DNA of 64,000 nt from Pelomyxa schiedti (taxonomy: Eukaryota; Protista; Evosea). Made by a program: the position numbers and the translations under genes. The notes below the pieces were generated by a model, which was not told the DNA's origin, did no database searches, and worked only from the letters and a program-made list of their open reading frames with translations. The DNA is taken from assembly GCA_020536535.1 (NCBI GenBank), contig JAHLWZ010000805.1:62001-126000 (forward strand), written 5' to 3'. Within the stretch, counting starts at the first letter, position 1, and every line of letters starts with the position of its first letter. Positions 34,101 through 45,952 of the stretch are shown in pieces.

Positions 34101-37100
34101 ATATTTTAATGTTTTACATAATCAGTTAGCTATCTCTGGGTATGTTGTGGAACAATGCAGTTTCCCGTTAAGACTTCATAGATTTTCTGAAATGTATTCC
34201 TCACATGTCGGACCTCTTGTAAGTCTCGTGAGACATAACCCTCTCTCTCTGGAATCAGTCCACATGATCACCTATCCATCTGTGGGTGGTATTGCAGACC
34301 AATTGCCAACTGTGGAAGTCTTAGGGTTAGCCAAAAAAATGGATGTTTTCCTCACAACTAACCCTCGAAGTGAGATATTCGAGGTTTTATTTGTTGGCAC
34401 ACTTACAGCTGTCCATTCATCTCAAAGCTTCTTTACAAGCTCCAGCACAATGTATGGCTGTAAGTGTGATTTTACTTTCGACACCAATGTCAAGCTTCCC
34501 GTTAACTCCTACATGACACTCACGTCAATACCAGGATCCTACTCTTGTACCCTCAGGTTGTTATCCCGTTTTTGTAGCTTGGTTTTCACCCTAAACACAT
34601 AGCCTTCGAAACTTCCCTCCTGGGAGCGCAATTTGTTTCAAGTCCAGACCTCCTCCAAACACGGCAGTGGCTCTTTCTAAACTCGGTGCTCTTCTTAAGG
34701 AGTGTGATACTCCCGCAACACTTTTTTCTGGTCTTGATTTGACTTCGATGAATTCTCTTCTGTTCCATTGCAAGGAAGAGGAAGAGGCAGAAACTACATT
34801 TGTAAGTATGGAATACAGGTGCATGAGACAATTTACCTCTATGTGCAGGGTCCCTACGAAATTCCTGATTATGGAAAATTAACATTCTGTGGCATACAAG
34901 GCTGGATGGTATGAGGGCGACTTTTCTTAAAATATTTAACATATAAAGTCGGTTATTTCATCGATTACTACAAAATTCCCAATGGACATGGGCCATCCTC
35001 TCCTAGAAAATTTAAGGAAGGGGGACTGGCCTCTGGACTACACTACAAACAGGTACTGGGTTTTCATGCAAAACAACTGTTTTCTGGTGAAACTTAGAGT
35101 CCATAACAGGCTCAACAAGTATAGAGACCTCCACGCAGTAGCTTCATGGTCGGAGGGAGTTATGGATACAATCAAGTTGTTGCCACGATTTTTGATTCCC
35201 AAATTTTTTTGTTTGGCTATCTCTGCCCTCTACAGGTATAACCTCACGCATATCTTAAACTAACCCTGGAACAGAGCAGCAATTGACTACACAATATCTC
35301 AAATGAGCTCTTTTGTACGCAAATCCCCGAGTTTTGTTCAAAGCCTTGCCCTTTCCTCTGTGCAAGTTCTGAGTTGTCTTCAATCCACACCTCTTGTTTC
35401 CCCAAAAATTTTGCCCGCACTTTCTCGTGCACCTTCTTTAGCTGCCGGGTTGCCTCACTTCTCGTATGCACTCATTTTATGGATTACGGAAACCGTTCCC
35501 TAATTCTCACGCAGTGTTGGTTACATGCGAAATTGGGGCAGAGATACCTTTATTTCTGTACCTGGTCTAATGCTAGTTACAGGCCGATTCAAGTGTGGAA
35601 GAACTCTACTCTCATATTGACCAAATTAATGCCAAATACAGTGAGGCGCGAGATATACTCCTTACATATGCCAGTAGTGTCCGCCATGGTCTTGTGCCGA
35701 ACTTATTAGATTCCGGTGTTAAGTACTGCGGTTTTGAATTCTGGTTTTTACTCACTCTGAACTTAGACCTCGCTACAATTCAAGGGATGCGACATGGTGG
35801 TTTTTGAGTTCACTGATGGGTAAGTGTTTTCTTTCTGTCGATCCAGGATCAAATAATACTAGACTACTGTGAGATGGCACCTGCAGGATATGAAATTTTC
35901 CAGCAACCCATCACGAGACTGTTTCCTCACGGTCCTTCCGCTTTAAGGTGAACACGATCTTGGATCCGCTTTCTCACTCCTCTTAGGTGCACCTTGGCTG
36001 ACGTGATCCAAGAAATCCTCACATCACATGCAAATGGCATTCATTTCCGTGAGGTTTTTTCTCGGCGATTGCTGGCTTTCTCTCACATTCACTGCACATA
36101 GATTGGAGCAGGCCCTGACATAGACAAAACCATGCAAGACGAGGGCTTTATTGTTGACATACATCTCGACTCTTCTACGGGCTTTATATTCGGCGGGAAC
36201 CAACACAATTGCGGGTTTTCCTCTACACACTTTTCCTGAGTGATACATTGTTCCTCAATCCAGAACATGGATGGACAAAATGGGGGAATCTCATCGAGCA
36301 AAGAACTTTGGAATTCCTGCCACTCCCCGAGATGGTGCCGCCATTGAAATTATTGCACTCCTTTATAAGTTTCTGGCCATTCCTTTTTATGCTATCCGAA
36401 TTGATTTCTCTCATAGGACCGTAAGTAAGTTGGCCCAATTTCACAAAGTTGGTAAATATCCAAGTGCCGGGGTTGTTATTGGCCACGAGGAGAACCTCTC
36501 TTTCGCGTCCTGGAGTTCACTTATTTTTGCTAATTTCCACAGGCATTGCTCTCTTCTTTTCCCGTTCTAAACGTGTTTTAGACATTTCTATATACCACTT
36601 GCCCCATCTAATGACAAGGACTTCGTGATCGACAAAACTCTGGTTCACAGAAGAGGAGTGAGCCACCCTTTTCACTGGTGACTTTTAATTTTCTTCAGAT
36701 TTACAAGGACACCTTGAAGTCTTCAATAAAGTGGGCAGATTATCAACTGCGGCCGAATATGGCAGTTGCAATGAGTGTGGTGCGGTAGTGGAAAGATCAA
36801 TCAATTTGATAACAAGTACTTTAGGCTCCAGATTTGTTCCGCGCTCACCAACCAGAGTGTGAACATGCCTTAGAAGTAGTTTCCTCTCTTCTTGTGGGAC
36901 CCCTTGGCATGAGGACCTTGGATCCTGCTGACTGGGCTTACCGACCCAACTACACAATGGATGACACAGAAGACTTCCACACTTCAAAGGGATTCAATTA
37001 CCATCAGGGACCTGTCTGTATTCCCTTGGTCACTATCTCCTCATTTACAAGCACGCAGGAGTGGCTGTGGCCGTTTGGACATTTCCTCAAAGCACTCGTT

Positions 37101-37408
37101 TTACACAAGAGATATGCTTCTCTCTCTGAAATGAAAAGTCACATCCTCACACTTCTTGGGCCCCACATTAAATGTACAACCGATTGCAACCTCGTAAAGT
37201 TACACTACTAATTCACGATCCAGGCATTTCCGAAAGTCCGTGGTCCTCCTTGCCGGAACTGACAAATCTGAACGGAAGCACGTGTCACTCTGGCTGCCCA
37301 GCCCAGGTTCACCACAACACCCCAATCTCAACCAATCTAATCCATCAAAAGGCGTGGTCGTGTGCCTGCATGCTCGAGGCACTTTACGCCATGTACAGCG
37401 CGTCATAA
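31195..37408 (+). CDS. AGL: Glycogen debranching enzyme (4-alpha-glucanotransferase / amylo-1,6-glucosidase)
   Basis: [72 protein letters not shown]|[20 protein letters not shown]; many short introns. Confidence 0.95.
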
Positions 37409-37592
37409 ACTCTTCCCATCTGGTTACGAAAGACAGAACGTTTGTAACTAAAAACAAAGTTGGGAACCTGCCTCTCTGGGTTTTGATTTTGTGAAGGAAC
37501 ATTCTTCGCTGCAGGAGAAAACAACCGGGTTTTTAGCGATACGGAAAAAAGGCACAAGAAAACAAACAAAGAAAAAGCTTCGGAAGACACGA

Positions 37593-38128
37593 ATGAAAGT
37601 TATCGTCTTGTTCGTCCTCGTTCTTGCCTTCGTAGCAAGCACTTACGCAGCCACATGCAACCCCAACCCGGTCTATTTCTTGCGTTTTGTTTTTTTTTCA
37701 TGCTTTTCTAACCTTTTCTCAGTGTGGGAGCGCAGCGTACACCGACGTTCGTACGGCCTCTTTTCTTTTCTTCTTTGTTTGACTCCCACTTTAGCTACTG
37801 CGTGCAAGAAGTACACGACGTGGAATCAGGCGAACTGCCAATGCATTGCGAATCACGAAAGCAGCGGCAACTACCACGCTTGCAACAACGTACGGCTTTT
37901 TTCCCCCCTCCCCGCCCCTCGCTCACTTGTGTTCAGAATACCAACGGGAGCCTCGACATAGGACTGTGGCAAATCAATGACGGCAACTGGGCATCATGCA
38001 GCGGAGGTTCTGCTCCTTGCACCGTCGATACCAACCTCAAGTGCGCGGAGTTGGTCTACCAATGGGGTAGTTACACATGGAAATACTGGTCGACATGCAG
38101 CACTTGCGGCTGCTGCAACTCCGCTTAA
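37593..38128 (+). CDS. Small secreted Cys-rich c-type-lysozyme-like protein (about 130 aa, 4 exons)
   Basis: Signal peptide MKVIVLFVLVLAFVASTYA; CIANHESSGNYHACNN|NTNGSLDIGLWQINDGNW matches the lysozyme-C signature. Confidence 0.75.
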
Positions 38129-38186
38129 AACGTACTCTCGAGGTCCTAACTGTGATGTGACACAAAGAAAATAGAATCTCCCTTTT

Positions 38187-39173
38187 TTAAACAAACGTGT
38201 TCAGTTTCGAAGTGAGCCACATTTTGAAAGCGGTAGCCAATGTTGTGGACACAAAAGCAACAGAAATTGCTTTGAGAGCCAACGTACCTGGTTTCTTCCC
38301 GTACGTGGAGATAACTGATGACAGTAATTCACAAATAAGGGCAGGGTAATTCACACCATAAAGAGCAATTGCCATGGAAATCAACGAGTGAACACGCACA
38401 AACCAAAGAAGGGAGCTGGCACTGTTCCAAACAATCGTAAGAAATAAGAGCAGCTTGGGAAATGAAGTCATAACACAAGCACCAATAACTCTGGGTAATC
38501 TATAATGGTTACATAGGAATAGAAAAACCTAGTCACCTCACCGCTCAAGATCACATAGAAAAATGGCAGTGAGAAGGACAACTGCAAGTATGAAAATACA
38601 GAACTCAGAAACTACTTCAATAGCCCTCAAGGAGAATCTAATTGGTGATGGTCAAAACAAAGCCCTTAGAACCTCCAAGTTTACTGTGATGAGCCCCCAG
38701 GAGCAGAAATATCTTTAAAAAGAGGTCAGGGTTAATTCAAGAGTTAATATTTGAGTACATACAGGCCTCAAGGAGGAGAGAAGGCACTAATATTTGGAGG
38801 CAAAAGGCCTTTTTTTTGGTAAATTACGTCTACACGTCGAGGCACATATACTTATATGAAAACACACCACAACGTACTTTGTCGTCAACGCATTCAGCAG
38901 GGCGTGCCTCCAGGCTTGGACCTTCATCAGCGAGATGTCAGTCCACAGCAGCACACTGTCAAACTCAAGGTACTTATCCACCAGCTGCTTGCACTCACAC
39001 TGGCAACTATGGGTCGAAACAAAAAAAAAAAAGAAAAAAAAGTGGGGTCGCAAGGCACTCACGCAACGGGACATCCTGATGCTGCCCATGTGGTATACCT
39101 CGTATGCTGTGCTGTTGGCCGCTCCACACCCCACACACCAACATGATTCGCCCTGTACCCCCTCGACTGGCAT
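38187..39173 (-). CDS. ARV1: ARV1 family ER lipid-homeostasis protein
   Basis: CVGCGAANSTAYEVYHMGSIRMSRC|..CKQLVDKYLEFDSVLLWTDISLMKVQAWRHALLN is the Arv1 homology domain (zinc-binding CxxC pairs); TM-rich downstream exons. Confidence 0.85.
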
Positions 39174-39306
39174 TTATGAGGTTTCTGAGCTCCCCAGTCC
39201 CACTTACAGGGGATTTGATCGATCGTTTTTTCGCCCCCCTCAGTTGCACCGGCCACAATCACACTAATTACGATCTGTTGTAGACCATACACCCTACGTA
39301 GTAGCC

Positions 39307-42300
39307 ATGTTTCGGAAACTAAGGACAGGAGACGCCGCCGACGCGGGCGGGAACACCGCGGGGCTCTGGAAGATAGTCAAGAAGCGCAAGTGCTCGCGCT
39401 GCGGCTCGGACGACCACGAGGCCCACGCGTGCACGCTCCCGTGGTCCGCCGCCCGCAAGCAGCGCGACCGCGCCATGTTCGAGGCCCGGCAGACCGACTG
39501 GCGGGCCCACACCATAACCACCCTCTCCGCCGCCAAGGCCGGCGGGGCCCGCGCCGTCGCCGCGGCCGCCTCGTCCACGGGCGGCCGGGGGGCCAGCGGG
39601 GGAGGGGCCGCCCGCCGGGAGCAAGAGGAGGAGGAGGGGGAGGAGGCTGCCGAGGGGGGCGGCTCCAGGCCGGCGCCGCGCTGCCTGCGGTGCAACGAGC
39701 TGGGGCACTGGGCGTGGAAGTGCCCGCTGGTGAGGCAGCAGGCGACCAAGAAGCAGACGTGGCGCTGCGCCCTGTGCCACGCCACCGGCCACAGCGCGGA
39801 CGAGTGCACGGTGACCGCGCTGCGCAAGGCCGCCAAGGGCGGCGAGCGCGCCCTCGCCGAGTTCAGGCAGAAGCAGGCCCTCGCCGAGGAGCAGGCCAGG
39901 AAAAAGACAGCCGCCGAGGACGGCTTGGTGGAGAAAATTATTATGTCTTCTGCTGCTGCTGCTGCTGCGCAGGCCAAGTCTCAGCCTCAGGCACAGGAAA
40001 CTACGCAGGAGCAGGCACAGGCACCGAAGAAAGGTAAAAAGGGCAAAAAGGAGCAGCTGTGCCGGAGTTGCGGGAAACCAGGGCACATATCGAGGGACTG
40101 CTTGGAGGCTGCATTGAAGGCTTCCACTCCTGCTGCTTCCGAGAGCGGCGAGCCTGGTGCGCGTCAGGATGCTCAGAACGAGTTCCAGCTTCCGCAGAAC
40201 CAATGGGGCAACATTGGTGGCAAGGGATGGGGGTGGACCGGAAAGTTCTGCACCAGGTGCAACCAATTTGGCCACTCTAGCAGTGCCTGCCTTGGTGGAA
40301 AGTTGCTGGACAGATTCGAGGTTTCTCACCTGAAAAGCAGGATCGAGGCTGAATGCCCTCCAAAGGGGGTATCCTAATGCCCAAAACATATTCCTGCACT
40401 CATTTTTACATAGATAAACCCTCTTTTGTATGAAGCCGAAACTATTGTGTCTACTGGAGAGGTTTACTTTCCTCGGGCAACAACATTTATGGAAATGCCT
40501 CTGTCTATGAAAACCCAAATAGGTCAGTACTTCCCCAGTAGTAAGTACATGTCTCACACTTCTCAGCACTTGCTGAATACAACTACGTCGTCATGACCCC
40601 AATTCAACGGGCCTCTCTTCCTCATTCCTTGGCTGGGAGGGATATTCTCGGTGCTGCAAAAACAGGTACTCATTCAGCCTGCCCACTGGGGGTAATTATT
40701 GATAGGCTCTGGTAAAACTCTTGCTTTTGTCATACCACTTCTTGAAACTCTGTTTCGCATACACTGGAACCAAACTGATGGACTAGGTGCATTAATCCTT
40801 GCCCCAACTCGAGAACTTGTATGTAATTTATTCTTTCAACAGGAAATTCTAACCGTTGAGTAGGCTACACAAACAAACAACATCGTGCGCCGTGTAGGAC
40901 GCCGTCACACATTTAACTCAGGCTGCCTTATTGGTGGAAGTGCGGGATATCGTTATGAAAATGCCTTTGTTTCCTCTGTCGCTATTCTGACTGCTACTCC
41001 TGGAAGAATATTGCACCACCTTGAAGCTGCATATGGATTGACCCCCCAAAATTTAAAATTCCTTGGTGTGCTGCCTTCACTTTTATTAAAATATTAAGTC
41101 AAAAATTCACAGACCTCTACAAAACATACAGTTATCGACGAGTGTGACTTGATGCTCGACATGGGATTTGCTCAGCAGCTCAATTCTATTTTATCACATA
41201 TACCAAAAAGCCGTCAGACTTTATTGTTCTCTGCTACTCAGACAAAATCTTTGAGAGACATTGCTCGTGTTAGTCTTAATGTACGGTACATAACATTGTC
41301 ATACCCTATAACAAGTCTCCAGGAACCTGAATATATTTCTGTTGATGAAACGTCTTCCTCTCGGACACCTGACAAATTACAACAAATTGCCGTTTTCGTG
41401 GAGTTTCATAAGAAGTTCAACACGTTTGCTGATTTTGCCAAACGGCACTCTGATATGAAAATGCTACTATTTGTAGCAACATGCAAGCAAGTACGTAGAA
41501 ATAGCAAAACCGAAACGTGCACTTATCTTTCTCAGGCTAAATACTTTTCTGCCTTGTCAAGTAAGATAAAGGCTGTTTCCAGCAGCTTTTGTCTCACCAG
41601 CAAACTCAACCAAGAGAAACGGCTCGATGTTATATATGAATTTGGCAAGAAAACCAAAGGTAGCTCACAATTTTTCCCCAGTCCTACTCCCAAATCCTAG
41701 GCGTTCTGTGGACTACAGAATTGGCTGCTCGTGGACTGGATATTACAGGAGTTGATTGGATCATTAATTTTGATTGCCCAGACACTGTGGAATCCTACAT
41801 TCATAGAGTTGGAAGAACAGCACGGTAATTCTTCCTACCAATTACCACCTTACCCAATGGATATAAAGGTACACAGCATCTGGCCAAGCCATGCTATTCC
41901 TTTCTCCAAAAGAGTCCCTATTTTTGGATAAACTTGTCGAAGCTCAAGTTCCAATTCAGACAGTTCATATAAACCCAACCAAGCAATCTGACATTAAGGA
42001 ACTAATAATTTCGTGCTGCATGCAGCATCACGGGTTCGCAAAGATGGCGAAGAGTGTATCTTTCAACATTATGTTAGAGCTATCTCAACAATACCTAGGC
42101 TTACACTGCATATGTCCGATCACTCTACATGCGCTACCACAAAACATTTTTCTCCACAATAAACTTGCACGATTTGGCTGCAAGTATGGGGTTACCTGAT
42201 CCTCCTACCATCAGCCTTGAAGATGTAATCTGCAACTACCCACTACCTCTCCCTGGGTGCTTACTTTGATTTAGGTATTATCTAAAAAGCCTAAAAATGA

Positions 42301-43439
42301 GACAAGGCAGGAGCAAATCAACATAAACTTACTTGAACCTACAGCACCAAAGGCATTTCCCAGTGCTTCTTTACCCCAAAAACAATTAACAAATTCAAAA
42401 AAAGGAAACAAGTCGCAAACGCCCCAAAGCTACGTCTTCATGTGCCCCACAATACTTCATGGGGGAGTGGGAAGACCCCGAGATTCTAAAGGCACAACCC
42501 ACTCAGGCTAAACCTCGTGCCCGTCCACTCCTACAACCACGAGCTGCTATTGGAGAGTTATCGTTTGAAGCCGGAGGCCTTTTGAAACCCTCCACCACGC
42601 CAGACCCCATTCTACCGAACCTTGGGCAGGTATTTGGAAACAGGAAGAGGCCACCCAAGGAATTCGAAGGGAAGCACATACTCCTAAGTAAGTACTTACT
42701 TCCATTACCAACAAATAAAATCGAAACAAACAAAACAAAACACAAAACCAAACATTCCACAGATGAGCCAACAGTTGGAGAGGAGGAGGAAGAAGATGGC
42801 ATCGGGAAGTCTGCGCCCGAGTCAGAACACTTGGACCCCGCGAACGACCTTCTCGTGCAGTTCTTCCAGCACGGCACAGTGACCGCGCCCGACTCATCGT
42901 CGTCGAGAAAGGCCGCCGCCGCCGCCGCCGCACGGGACGGGCTCGGCAAGGTCTCCACGCCCCGAGGAGGGGAATCGGCAGCAGAGAGCGGCCAAGGCGA
43001 AGGCGGAGGCGCGGGGCCGAGGACCGTGGAGCAGGACATGCTGTCGTTCTACGCCAGGATACGGGCGCAGATCGACGACGAGGACACGGAGGACAAGGGC
43101 AGGGAGAGGGAGCACCTGCGGCAGCAGCGGCTCAAGCGCAAGCTCAAGAGGGAGGGCAAGACCCTGTTCGGCAAGGACGACGTGGACGACACCGCCGTAG
43201 CTGGCAACGTGATCATCCGAGACGAAGGAGAACAAGGTGGAGAAGCAGAAGAAGAATCATCTGCCAGAGTCAACGCAGGAGACTACGACGTGGTCGTGGA
43301 GCCGCTGTCTGCTGACCTGGAACCAGAAGCTACTACTACGACTACTTCTACAACGAGGTCCTCTTCTGCGTCCACGGCAACAAAGGACAGTGACTGGGAG
43401 TATGAGTGGGAAGAAAAAGATGCAAGTGAGTACCATTGA
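39307..43439 (+). CDS. DDX10: DEAD-box helicase of DDX10/Dbp4 type with five N-terminal CCHC zinc knuckles and an acidic tail
   Basis: [28 protein letters not shown]|[65 protein letters not shown]. The 3' end may include one more short exon to about 43525. Confidence 0.85.
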
Positions 43440-43605
43440 AAAGCTTCACCAGAGTACCAACAAAAAAGCAAACAAAAAGAAATGTTGGTTGCCTTGACAC
43501 TTCTTTTTTCAAGAAAACGATATTGACACAGTTGTTTTTACTTCCTCTTTGAGTTTGAGTTGACTGACAACCAGCAACTCTCCAGCACAAAAAAAAACCT
43601 ATTTA

Positions 43606-45541
43606 CTAAGAGCCCAGTGTGCTCTCCTGGAATGAAAACCTGTTTTTGGGGTCAGCAAACACCAAAAAAAGAATGTAACTTGGGGATGTACCCAACAAAT
43701 TGGTTTTGATCGGTAGCCTGTAAAACGACCGGTTTGTCATCAACGGAATCGCCTGTCTGTTTTGTGGGTTGGTAAAATCGTTTTTGTACGGGAGGGAAAA
43801 TTCATAGACATACTGCTTGAGATGTAAAAGTCTCATCAATTTGGCTGACATCGGATGTTGTGTCTTTTATTGGAGGTTTCCATGGTGGAGTAAGGCTGCG
43901 GTGGTACAAGGCATCCCAATCCATTCCAGCAAACCAAGGATGGGCTCTCACTTGCTTAGCAGAAAACCGTTTTTCTGGGTCTTGTTGCAGTAGCTTGGGG
44001 GAAAAAAGTCTAAGTGATAATTTGTTGTGGGTGCATTATTACCCCAGCAAGCAGAGATCTCGCGTCAGGAGTAACTTCAGAGGGATACTTAATATCGCCT
44101 GAGAGTATCCTCTGATACATTTGTGCATGATTGGGATTGTAGAACGGTGGCTTTTTAGTTGATACTGGCGTTAGATTTCTGTGAATAGAAAAAGGAAATT
44201 ACTAATCCAGTAAGCATTTCAAAAATGAGTGTTCCCAAACTCCACCAATCTACAGGAGTTCCGTGCGGCTTCCCTTTCAGAACTTCCGGCGCTGTTTGGA
44301 GGTTTAACTTGTTGTGTTATCACTTTTAATGTAAACCAAGATATTCTGGAGTCCCACAAAAAGTGCTGGTTCCCGCTGTTGTTTGCAGTTGTTTGGACAA
44401 ACCAAAATCGGTTATTCTGATTTCACCTGCGTTGAATGAGATTTGGGGAAGAAGGAGTCAAAAGGGGCTAAACCCTGGAAATCTATGAGAATATCTGCAC
44501 AGTAAAATGTTTAGAATGGCAAACGAATTAGAAACTTCAGCACATACTTTCTGGTTTCAAATCTCTGAGTACCGATTACATTGAAATTAGTGGTTGCATA
44601 GAGACAAATAACCATACCTGTAGACAATTCCCAGTGCGTGCAAGTGCTCCAGAGCAAGAGCGATTTCTCCAGCATACATCTTCACCCTTGGTTCCTCGAA
44701 TTTGTTATCGTTCTTCAGATGGTAGAACAATTCTCCGCCATTGACAAAGTCCATGACCATATACAGTTTTTCTGGAGTCTACTTGAACAATTAAGTTGGG
44801 GAAAAAAAAAAGGAATGATACCTGAAATGCGTAATGTAATTTGACAATGAAAGGGTGCTCAATTTGTTGCATGATAACTTTCTCAGACAGTGTGTGTGCA
44901 ACCTTCACGATTGAGTAAGTCTCAGTTGTAAGCTTCCTATTTACCTGTTTTCTAGCAATGATTGCACTTTTCTTAAGAACTTTCATAGCGTAGATTTGAT
45001 GATCATCTTTCTTTTCAACACGAAGCACCTAAAGGCGGGGTTAATTTCGGTGCACAGAAGCAAAGAAAAAGAACCTTTCCAAAGCTGCCCCGTCCAATTA
45101 AAGTCAGAATCTAACCAGAAAAGGAATTGTCAGAAAGGAAAACGAATGAAAGTTCCAACCACACACCGTGAAGTCTTCCTTGGTAACTTTCTGAGAAGTC
45201 TTGCTGAACAACATTCCAGCAGGTTTGTCTCCTAGAATCTGATCCAGCGGCCCGTACTCCGACTCATCATAACCGTGCAAGTCGCCATCAGACGACGCGG
45301 TAGTTGCAGCGGCCGACGCAGTGCTCGTTGACGACGTCGTAGTGGCGGAAGCCGTAGGCGTCGCCGCCGGGTCGGCTGGCGTCGCAGCGGCGCCGTCGGC
45401 AGATGCGGCGCCCTTTTTGCCCTTCTTGGGCTTCTTGTCGCCCTTCTTCTTGCCGCCCTTTGTCGGTGTTGCTGCTGTTGGCGCTGTTGCGTCTACTGGT
45501 CCCCCTTTGTTCTTCCCCTTGTGGTGTTGTGCGTTACCCAT
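43606..45541 (-). CDS. AGC kinase (Akt/SGK family, PH-less, PkbR1-like N-myristoylated type)
   Basis: [14 protein letters not shown] start; KVTKEDF; [13 protein letters not shown]; [13 protein letters not shown]; [17 protein letters not shown]; [11 protein letters not shown]; hydrophobic motif QFVG|FSF near the C-terminus. Confidence 0.9.
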
Positions 45542-45952
45542 GGGTGGGGCTTTTTCTTTTTTTTTTCTTTGTAAAGAGAGAGATCTTGGGGACAGGTGTC
45601 AAAGGAGTGACAATTTTTCCCCTCCAAGAACAAAGGGAGTGGAAGATGGGTTTTTTTTGTGGTTTGGCCCCCTTTTCCCTCTTTTCTCTGTTGTTGTGGG
45701 TGCTTTGGTGCGACGAAACCGAGGCTTCGGCTTGTTTTTTTTAGTTGTTTGGTTTTTTTTCGTCAGAGGTGCACTTCGCAGAATCTGGATCTTGGTTTAT
45801 TTCTCTGAACAGAGGTCCAGACATTCGGTTCCCGATCCAACTCAGAGTTAACGCTTCATATCCGGCTGGAAGGTTTGCTCTGTGCACAACTGAGACAGAG
45901 GGTTCTGGGTTTTTTCCCATACTGAGATAAGGTTACACGAAACGACTCCAAA

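Noticed and set aside
39307-40377. Zinc-knuckle ORF as a retrotransposon Gag
   Set aside because: No protease, RT, integrase, LTR or target-site duplication nearby, and it splices in frame into the DDX10 helicase.
39294-40569. Long minus-strand ORFs (227 aa, 416 aa) overlapping the knuckle exon
   Set aside because: Antisense shadows of very GC-rich coding DNA with few stop codons; no motifs.
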